Source: an uncultured delta proteobacterium
Lineage (GTDB): Bacteria; Desulfobacterota; Desulfobacteria; Desulfobacterales; UBA5852
DNA: 64,000 nt
Reading direction: 5' to 3'
NCBI GenBank assembly: GCA_963850465.1
Contig: CAWKLN010000004.1
Span: 39,735 to 103,734, forward strand
Below, in pieces: positions 23,752-31,244 of this stretch; positions within the stretch are counted from its first letter, which is position 1, and each line of letters begins with the position of its first letter. Made by a program: the position numbers and the translations under genes. The notes beneath the pieces were generated by a model. The model did no database searches. It was not told the origin of the DNA and saw nothing but the letters and a program-made list of their open reading frames with translations.

Positions 23752-23919
23752 TTACAAGGGTTCGGGGTTGCAGAGATTCTTCTGAGCGACGGAAGATCGA
23801 CCGCAGTTTTTACAGAAGTGGTAGGCCGGTCGGATTAATTTCACGAAGTCTTCTCTATGGGATTCGATATAATTATCCTCTGCCAGCGCACAGAGCGTAT
23901 TATCTTTTGGATCGGTCAT
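23752..23919 (-). CDS. Small Cys-rich protein (55 aa), below the ORF-track cutoff
   Basis: AAGGAG lies 7 nt before ATG 23919. The product is MTDPKDNTLCALAEDNYIESHREDFVKLIRPAYHFCKNCGRSSVAQKNLCNPEPL. Confidence 0.5.
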   Translation of the reverse strand: MTDPKDNTLCALAEDNYIESHREDFVKLIRPAYHFCKNCGRSSVAQKNLCNPEPL

Positions 23920-24020
23920 TATTGTTCTCCTTTCAAGTCATTTTTACTCCCCAATGATGTAAACGCGTTCGCATCACAGGACATTATTAAAAAAAATCAT
24001 TTTTAAACCGGCGTTCAGCA

Positions 24021-24140
24021 CTACAGGTGGGCAACGAGCCACTTGTAAAAATAGGAAAATGTCAGAACGGCAACCAGGCCGCCGCACCACAACACAGCGA
24101 ACCACAACCATTGGCGTTTTTTTTCAGTAAGCGGATTCAT
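24021..24140 (-). CDS. DUF2474-like small membrane protein (39 aa) overlapping the cydB stop
   Basis: MNPLTEKKRQWLWFAVLWCGGLVAVLTFSYFYKWLVAHL is a single TM peptide in the position typical of the small subunit-like ORF after cydB. Confidence 0.5.
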   Translation of the reverse strand: MNPLTEKKRQWLWFAVLWCGGLVAVLTFSYFYKWLVAHL

Positions 24141-25153
24141 GGGAGGCCTTTCCCCGGAAAAGGTAATAGCAATAGGCCGTATAGGTGAGCACGACCGGCA
24201 ACATGATCACCGTACCCACCAACAGCAGAGACTGGGACTCAGGGGCCGCCGCGGCCTGTCTGAACGTCACCTGATGAGGCACCAGCCATGGCCACAGGCT
24301 GATTCCGAGGCCAAGGTAGCCCAATAGAAAAACTCCGATACTCATGAAAAAGGGCCGATACTCGCGTCCGCTGAGTGCAGGTCACGCCAGATCACGATAG
24401 AACAGGACCGCCGTCCGAGGGGAATGGGCAGCAGGTAAAATAAATTGGGCAGGCTGAACCACAGGCATACGCATCGATCCGGATTCATCAGGGGCATACT
24501 GATGCTTACGACGCCGATGAAAGACCCCGACGTAACCCAATACGTAGGACGCACATTTTGCGTGCCCATTGCTGGGTCTCCCCTCGGTTTTCATCACCAG
24601 CCAGGTGCCGCCCAGTAGCGCGTACCCGAATACCAGCGCCATGCCGGTCATGACACTGTAGGCATTGATGCCAGTCGAAAGCGCCGCCGGCAAAGCTGCG
24701 CCCTGTCGACTGGCAACACCCTGGACGACTGCTGCCGATGATGATTCCCTGCATAAACGCTGCCGTCAGCGAGCCGTAATGAAAGGCATAATCCCAGATG
24801 CGTCGAGACTTCCGCTGGCCTTGAAGCGGAATTCAAAGGCCACCCCCCTGAAGACCAGCCCCAGCAGCATGCCGATGACCGGCAGGTAGAGGGCCGGCAT
24901 CAGAATGGCATAGGCCAGAGGAAAGGCGGCAAACAGACCTCCGCCACCCAAAACCAGCCAGGTTTCGTTGCCGTCCCAGAAGGGGGCGATGGAATTCATC
25001 ATGCGATCCCGACAGCGTGTCCGAGGGCGCAAACGGGAAGAGAACGCCCACACCGAGGTCGAACCCGTCCAGAATCACATAGAGCATCACCGCCGTGATG
25101 ATCAGGCCGTACCAGATCAATGGCAGATCCACAAATGCTTCAAAACTAAACAT
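24124..25153 (-). pseudogene. cydB: Cytochrome bd oxidase subunit II, multiply frameshifted
   Basis: Recognisable CydB segments (MFSFEAFVDLPLIWYGLIITAVMLYVILDGFDLGVG; SIAPFWDGNETWLVLGGGGLFAAFP; VMTGMALVFGYALLGGTWLVMKTEG; ...YCYYLFRGKA) are spread over three frames. There are about 8 frame changes and an in-frame TGA at 24382. Confidence 0.8.
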
Positions 25154-26554
25154 ATTGCTCTCCTTTTTCCACCCCCCGGGGAGCGACCAGGGGCGGTTTC
25201 TGCACGCCGTGGGCACCATAGGCTTCTTCCTGGTTTCCAGGGCCTTTGGCGATCAGGCGACTTATATAGTAAACACCCGCGCCAAAGATGACGCCGTAAG
25301 TGATGACAAATGCCGCCAGGGACAGGGCAATGGGCTGTCCACCCACCGGCGAGACGGCCTCGGCCGTGCGCATGACGCCATAAATGATATAGGGCTGCCG
25401 GCCGATCTCCGTCACGAACCAGCCCGCCAGCACGGCGATGAAACCGGAAGGTGTCAGGGCCATGCACCAGTATTGAAACCAGGGGGTGTCGAAGAGCCGT
25501 TTGCGCAGGTGCAGGACCAGGGCCATCACCCCTGTGAGGATCATGAGCATGCCGATACCCACCATAATTCGGAAGGACCAGAAAACCCAGGCCACCGGTG
25601 GTTGATCTTCCCGGGGCCACTCTTTCAACCCTTTGACCTCGCCATCCAACTCGTGGGTAAGAATCAGGCTGGACAGCTTCGGGATTTCGATGGCGTAGCT
25701 GGTTTTTCTGGGCTTTCTGGTCGGGCCAGCCGAAAAGCACCAGCGGGGCGCCCTGCTGCGTTTCCCACAGGCCTTCCATGGCGGCCACTTTGGCCGGCTG
25801 GTGTTTCAAGGTATTGAGGCCGTGCAGATCGCCGAGGAGAAGCTGCAGTCGGGGCGACAAAAATGGCCATGATCATGGCCATGCCCAGCATGATGCGGGC
25901 GTGCTTTACATACTGTCGACGCCACAGGTAGAAAGCGCCGATGCCGCCCACCACAAAGGCGGTGGTGAGGTAAGCCGCCATGATCATGTGGGCGAAGCGG
26001 AACGGGAAGGACGGATTGAAATATCATGTCCAGCCAGTCGGTGGGGTAGAGCAGACCGTCGTCTCCCCATCCGAAAGCCCTGCGGGGTTTGCATCCAACT
26101 GTTGGCGGAAAGGATCCAGAATGCAGACAACAGCGTTCCAAAAGCCACAATCACTGTCGACGCAAAATGCATGCGTGGGCTTACCCGATTCCAGCCGAAA
26201 AGCATCACGCCCAGAAAAGATGCCTCCAAGAAGAAGGCGGTCGAGCACCTCGTAGCCCAGCAGTGGGCCTAGTACGTTCCCGGCTTTGTCTGAGAAGACC
26301 GACCAGTTGGTGCCAAACTGGAAAGACATTACGATGCCGGACACAACGCCCATACCAAAGGCCACCGCAAATATCTTGACCCACATGCGGTAGATTTCGG
26401 CGTAGAGCGTGTTGCCGGTTTTGAGCCAGCGCCATTCTATGACGGCCAGCCAGCTTGCCAGACCGATGGTGAAGGCCGGGAAAATAATGTGAAAAGAGAT
26501 GGTGAAGGCGAACTGAATCCGTGCCAGTAATATTGGATCAAGATTGTCGAACAT
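25146..26554 (-). pseudogene. cydA: Cytochrome bd oxidase subunit I, multiply frameshifted
   Basis: A GAGGTG Shine-Dalgarno precedes ATG 26554. Six collinear CydA segments are joined by frame changes near 26240, 26064, 26018, 25849 and 25700. Confidence 0.85.
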
Positions 26555-26640
26555 GGCGACACCTCGTTTTATTTTGTATGGCTAAAAAAAACGTGCTCGA
26601 GCGACGGTCAACCGGGTTCGGTACGGATCGGTTAACCTCA

Positions 26641-26979
26641 TTAGCGGTAAGCCGACTGTATCCGCATGATGGCTTCTTGCTCCCAGGCGGCGTTTGTCCT
26701 CAGAACATCGCGCATGCCTTCCTGCCAAGGATAGGCCACCCAAAAGCCGGCTCCGGTAAAGTCGAAATACGCCTGCTGAACAACGATTGTCTGACGGCCG
26801 TCCCTTATCAAGCGAATGAATCCCCAATGTTAGCGCTGGCCGGAAGATCTCGGATCGATCAGGCGAAATTGCAGCTGATGGTTGTCCGCGTCAGTCGTCG
26901 TTTTCCGGATGAATCGCTTGCCCGGGGCAGCCGAATAGTCTGTTTCCGTTGATTTGTCCTGGTGCGAGTCTTTGGTTTT
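26641..26979 (-). pseudogene. Gene remnant upstream of cydA (no start codon, in-frame TAA)
   Basis: The frame is open from 26979 with no ATG, GTG or TTG. An in-frame TAA sits at 26830-26832, followed by 62 protein-like codons (HWGFIRLIRDGRQTIVVQQAYFDFTGAGFWVAYPWQEG...). Confidence 0.35.
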
Positions 26980-27025
26980 TTATACCGCCACGTTTGCCAC
27001 CTGCTGTAATGGATTAGGTCGAATA

Positions 27026-27080
27026 AAGCTTGACATAAACTAGACAAATATTTGACACTGTCAAGACGCAGTGCTATTTT
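27026..27080 (+). promoter_or_regulatory. Sigma70-like promoter with CarH-type operator (three 11-bp direct repeats) in front of carH
   Basis: The repeats are aAgcTtgACAt / aAacTagACAa / atatTtgACAc at 27026, 27037 and 27048. The -35 TTGACA (27052-57) is part of the palindrome TTGACAcTGTCAA. After a 17-nt spacer comes the -10 TATTTT (27075-80), with the ATG 6 nt later. Confidence 0.6.
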
Positions 27081-27086
27081 GCAAGC

Positions 27087-28037
27087 ATGAAAACAAAAAA
27101 CTACGAAATAAAATACGTTGCGCAACGCACCGGACTCAGTGTTCACCGGATCAGAGCCTGGGAGCGCCGCTATCAGGCGGTGACCCCGGAAAGAACCGCG
27201 ACAGACCGGCGGCTCTATTCGGAATCGGACATACGCCGCCTGCAGCTTCTTCGTCAGGCAATTGACGTAGGTCACCGCATTTCGAAGATTGGTCGCCTGG
27301 CACTGGACGACCTGATGAAGCTCGTCAATCACAATCCCGCAATCGGTCCGTCTTCGCCGGCAGCGGTCACCATTCCGGGGAAACCCGGGCAGGCGGAACT
27401 GGTCCAGATGGCCTATTGCGCCGTGAAGGCACTGGATGCGGATGCCCTGGAGGCGTTTCTGCTGCGCGCTCAGGTAAGTTTCCCGCGGCGACGCTTCATC
27501 GAGGGGTTGCTTGTGATGTTATTTGATAAGATCGGTAAGGGCTGGGTTCAGGGTACAATTGGAATCGCGCACGAACATATGGCCAGTAACGTTGTAAGGT
27601 CCTTTTTGGGTGCGAATCTGCGGGAAATAGTTCCGACACCGGGCGCCGCCGGCATTGTGGTGGCGACTCTCAGCGGGCAGCGTCATGAATTGGGTGCCAT
27701 GTCCGCGGCGTTAGCGGCGGCTGATGCCGGCTGGCAGCCACTGTATCTCGGGCCGGATCTCCCGGCCGAAGCGATTGCGGCGGCCGTCGAGCAAACCGGT
27801 GCGAAGGTGGCCGCGATCAGTATAGCCTTTACGGTCAGCAGCCAGCAGTTGATCCGGGAAACGCGAAAACTTGGTCAGCTATTGAAGGAAAGGGCCGCCA
27901 TTATTGCCGGTGGCCGGGCGAACGCAGACGTTCGGGCCGCTTTGGCTGACATGGGCATACGCTGGTGTGGCACGCTGGAGGCCCTGCATTTTGCTTTACT
28001 TGACGAGAACCTGGTTCGGCGGGAATTGATAACATGA
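27087..28037 (+). CDS. carH: CarH/LitR-type MerR-family regulator with an AdoB12-binding photoreceptor module
   Basis: It has a MerR HTH (YEIKYVAQRTGLSVHRIRAWERRYQAV), the helical-bundle signature W-x9-E-H (GWVQGTIGIAHEH) and a Rossmann B12 domain with the ExHxxG-type loop (SGQRHELGAM...GWQPLYLGPDLP). Confidence 0.8.
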   Translation: MKTKNYEIKYVAQRTGLSVHRIRAWERRYQAVTPERTATDRRLYSESDIRRLQLLRQAIDVGHRISKIGRLALDDLMKLVNHNPAIGPSSPAAVTIPGKPGQAELVQMAYCAVKALDADALEAFLLRAQVSFPRRRFIEGLLVMLFDKIGKGWVQGTIGIAHEHMASNVVRSFLGANLREIVPTPGAAGIVVATLSGQRHELGAMSAALAAADAGWQPLYLGPDLPAEAIAAAVEQTGAKVAAISIAFTVSSQQLIRETRKLGQLLKERAAIIAGGRANADVRAALADMGIRWCGTLEALHFALLDENLVRRELIT

Positions 28038-29035
28038 TGCCGGGCCTGGACAGGCGTGCGTCCGGCGCTTTGTGGGGCCTGTTTATCGGTGACGCACTGA
28101 GCATGCCGGTGCATTGGTACTACGATCGTGAAGCCCTGGTGCGCGACTACGGGGCGATTACCGATTATCTGGCTCCCCATAACCCCCATCCGGACAGTAT
28201 CCTCTGGCGATCCCGCTTTACTTCACCGGGACCGAGGTACGACATCTTGCACGATCAACGCCCATACTGGGGTCGTAGAAACGTTCACTACCACCAGTTC
28301 CTGGCGGCAGGCGAAAATACCCTCAATCTCCAATGCGTGCGTCTGCTGATCGATTCCCTAATGGCGAATGGCGGTTATGATGCGGATGACTACCTGCGTC
28401 GCTACATCGCTTTCATGCGCACCCCGGGAAGTCATCGTGATACTTACGTGGAAGAGTATCACAGACACTATTTTACGCGTTTGGCAGGCGGCCTGTCCCC
28501 CAGACGCTGCGGCATTCCGGAAAAGCATATCGGCGGGCTGGTGGGTGTCGTACCCATTGTGGCTTTCTACCGCGAGAAATCTTCCGAGGCATTGGCATGC
28601 GCCCAGGAACACCTGGCCTTGACCCATCGGGGAGAGCGCATGTCATCGGCCGCGGCCTTGATCATCGATGTTCTGTTGAAGGTTATCTCCGGAGCCCCGC
28701 TGCGCCGTGTCCTGGAAGATGGCATGGCCACCCAGCGCAGCCCATATTTCGGCCACCCTTTCCGGCAGTGGCGAAACACCCCCGATAATGTTGTGGTGGG
28801 TCGCTACCTGAGTCCTGCCTGTTATGTGGAAGACGCCCTGCCGGCCGTCATCTACCTGGCATGGAAATATGCGCATGACCCAGAGCAGGGATTGATCGTC
28901 AACGCTCATTTAGGGGGAGACAACGCGCACCGGGGTGCCATCCTGGGCGCCCTCTTTGGCGCGGCAGGCGGCCGGGATGCGTTTCCGGACCGATGGGTGA
29001 GCGGACTGTACGAAACGGTGCCAAATCTGTTATAA
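28034..29035 (+). CDS. ADP-ribosylglycohydrolase family protein
   Basis: Its ATG overlaps the carH stop (ATGA). ALWGLFIGDALSMPVHWYY... and the C-terminal GGDNAHRGAILGALFGAAGG match the ARH/DraG metal-binding motifs. Confidence 0.78.
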   Translation: MMPGLDRRASGALWGLFIGDALSMPVHWYYDREALVRDYGAITDYLAPHNPHPDSILWRSRFTSPGPRYDILHDQRPYWGRRNVHYHQFLAAGENTLNLQCVRLLIDSLMANGGYDADDYLRRYIAFMRTPGSHRDTYVEEYHRHYFTRLAGGLSPRRCGIPEKHIGGLVGVVPIVAFYREKSSEALACAQEHLALTHRGERMSSAAALIIDVLLKVISGAPLRRVLEDGMATQRSPYFGHPFRQWRNTPDNVVVGRYLSPACYVEDALPAVIYLAWKYAHDPEQGLIVNAHLGGDNAHRGAILGALFGAAGGRDAFPDRWVSGLYETVPNLL

Positions 29036-29086
29036 TCGATAACATCAGGGTTCTTTTTAAATGCAACTTGAGACTCAGGAGGTGCA

Positions 29087-29308
29087 ATGGGAAACGAACC
29101 GGTTATCACTTTTCGTTCCTACCCGTTCAAAGTTGGGCAGAAGATCTATATCGAAGACGGTCCCCGGCATGGTGACTGGGAAGTTATTGCCGTCAGCGAA
29201 CGCAAGGTCAAACTGCGCTGTCCCTTTTCCAAACGCGAATTCGAGTGGAATCGTTTCTGCTATTTTGCCGAAGCGCGCGAGGACGGCCCCTGGCCCCATC
29301 CCGAATAG
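29087..29308 (+). CDS. Small conserved-looking hypothetical protein (73 aa)
   Basis: AGGAGG lies 5 nt before ATG 29087. The composition is protein-like. Confidence 0.55.
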   Translation: MGNEPVITFRSYPFKVGQKIYIEDGPRHGDWEVIAVSERKVKLRCPFSKREFEWNRFCYFAEAREDGPWPHPE

Positions 29309-29326
29309 AACCTAACGTTGGAGCGA

Positions 29327-29560
29327 ATGATGAAACAATGGCGCAAAAAGATGGGCGCGTTGGTTGTGATGGCGATGTTGTCGACCACCCTGCTGATGTC
29401 GGGCTGCGAAAACACCGAAACCCGCAACCAGGTGGATGATACCGTGGAAGAACTGGCCGGGAAGAAAAAAGTGGATCAAATGAAAGCGATGAAAGAAGAC
29501 CTTGAAAACATCCAGACCCAGCAGGCCGACCGCATAAAACAACTCGACAATGCCAACTGA
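29327..29560 (+). CDS. Small lipoprotein
   Basis: It has a signal peptide with lipobox LLMSGC, followed by a coiled-coil-like charged segment. Confidence 0.55.
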   Translation: MMKQWRKKMGALVVMAMLSTTLLMSGCENTETRNQVDDTVEELAGKKKVDQMKAMKEDLENIQTQQADRIKQLDNAN

Positions 29561-29743
29561 GGGGCATGCAATTTTTTCTGCGCCGTCCGGTACTTTGGGC
29601 ATCGCAGGAAAACAGCGTGCTGGCGGCCACCGGCCAAAAAATGGAACGGTCCTTTGGTCCAATATCGGGATGGCATTTCGCGTCGGTACGGTTGCAAGCG
29701 GGGTGGTTGCCTTTAGGGCAGGGGGGGGCGTTAGACTGAATAT

Positions 29744-30541
29744 ATGGTGTTTCACGACGCAAAATGGATGAGGGCTGAACGCCTCCTGAGGCTTGGTTGT
29801 CTCGGCCTTCTCCTATTCCTCCTGGCGGGTTGCCGCTCGCAGCTCGTTTTGCCGACCGACGCTTCGGCACCCCCTATTGATCGGGCCACCGTGGAATCCC
29901 CGCTGCCCGTCATCGCGTTCACGATCCAGGTCGGTGCCTTTTCCACCACCGAGCGGGCGGCCAATTATGCCGATAAACTGGCGTCCTACGGGCTCGACAC
30001 GTATTACTTTATCGACACGGACGGCCTCTGCAAGGTGCGTTTTGAGCGATTCGAGACCAAAGCGGCGGCACGCCGGCGGGCCGTTGAACTGCAGGTGCGC
30101 GGTGTCATCGACGACTTCTATATCGCACGCCCCGGTCCCTCCGGCCGGCAACCCAATGCCCGGGAAGATCTCCAGGAGGGTCTCGTGCAGACCGCACGGC
30201 GTTTTATCGGCACACCCTATCGCTGGGGCGGCGAATCGGCCCGCACCGGTTTCGACTGCAGCGGCCTGACCATGACCGTCTATCGTCTCAACGCTCTGGA
30301 ACTGCCGCGCAATTCCCGCGCGCAATTCCAGACCGGCCGCCCGGTGCCGCAGGATGCCCTCCAGAAGGGGGATCTTGTCTTTTTTGCCACCGGCAGGCGT
30401 GGGCGCGTGTCCCATGTGGGCATATACAGCGGCCAGGGACAGTTCATTCACGCCCCCGGCCGGGGCAAAACCATCCATACGGCGTCTTTGTCAAACGGGT
30501 ATTTCAAAGGGCGTTATGTCGGCGCCCGACGCTATCTGTGA
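29744..30541 (+). CDS. NlpC/P60 (C40) peptidoglycan endopeptidase lipoprotein with SPOR domain
   Basis: The lipobox is LLAGC. The SPOR-like segment is FTIQVGAFSTTERAANYADKL.... The C40 core is GTPYRWGGESARTGFDCSGL...SHVGIYSGQGQFIHAP. Confidence 0.85.
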   Translation: MVFHDAKWMRAERLLRLGCLGLLLFLLAGCRSQLVLPTDASAPPIDRATVESPLPVIAFTIQVGAFSTTERAANYADKLASYGLDTYYFIDTDGLCKVRFERFETKAAARRRAVELQVRGVIDDFYIARPGPSGRQPNAREDLQEGLVQTARRFIGTPYRWGGESARTGFDCSGLTMTVYRLNALELPRNSRAQFQTGRPVPQDALQKGDLVFFATGRRGRVSHVGIYSGQGQFIHAPGRGKTIHTASLSNGYFKGRYVGARRYL

Positions 30542-30763
30542 CGGCGGCCGGCCCGCGGAATACCGCCCCAGGCCATTGACGTGGCCGGTGACCCTGCACC
30601 CGCTGGGGGAAGTTCGGCACCCGACACCATGAATTTCAGCTGGCGACCTTAAGCCAATCGGTGTATAATGCAGGCCAATTACGCGGTTTTTTTAACGAAT
30701 CGCGATTCATTGTTACCGCGTCTTTCTTTGTTGCGACGCCTTCTGATCCGAAAGGAACCACCG

Positions 30764-31189
30764 ATGCTGATTCCCCTTCCGGAATTGAATCTCATGCCCA
30801 AATCCTTACGCGTGGCCGTACTATTGACCTTTGCCGGCTGGTGCTGTTTTCTTTTTGCGACCTACGCCTACTATGACCCCGATTCTTTCTTCAAGTTTAC
30901 CATCGCCGGGGGAATTGTCTGTTATTACCTGTACAAGGGCAAACGCTGGGCACGCGTTATGGCCATGCTTTCCAGCGTTTTTATTGTGCTTTACGGCGGT
31001 TTTTTTGCATTTCTTTTGGCCGCTCACAATTCCACCGCCATGGTGGTTTCCGCTGCCAATGTGGTTCTTTTTGCGGCTTCTTTCTACTATCTTGCCATTC
31101 CGGAAACGGGGCGTTTTTTCAAAAAAGATGCGCCCGCGGATGAATCGGATGGTGCGGATACCCAAAGCCCTTCGAAAAAAGACGACTGA
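30764..31189 (+). CDS. Hypothetical membrane protein
   Basis: AAGGA precedes ATG 30764, and there are four predicted TM helices. Confidence 0.5.
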   Translation: MLIPLPELNLMPKSLRVAVLLTFAGWCCFLFATYAYYDPDSFFKFTIAGGIVCYYLYKGKRWARVMAMLSSVFIVLYGGFFAFLLAAHNSTAMVVSAANVVLFAASFYYLAIPETGRFFKKDAPADESDGADTQSPSKKDD

Positions 31190-31244
31190 TTCCCCATTAA
31201 TTCAATAATATTATTATCTTAACACCGATGCCCAACCGCATAGA

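Noticed and set aside
24382-24384. An in-frame TGA inside the last part of cydB (..FYRDLA-TGA-PALSGREYRPFFMSIG..).
   Set aside because: The context is a gene already carrying about 8 frame changes. The position corresponds to no redox Cys in CydB, so a TGG-to-TGA nonsense change is the simpler reading, not Sec.
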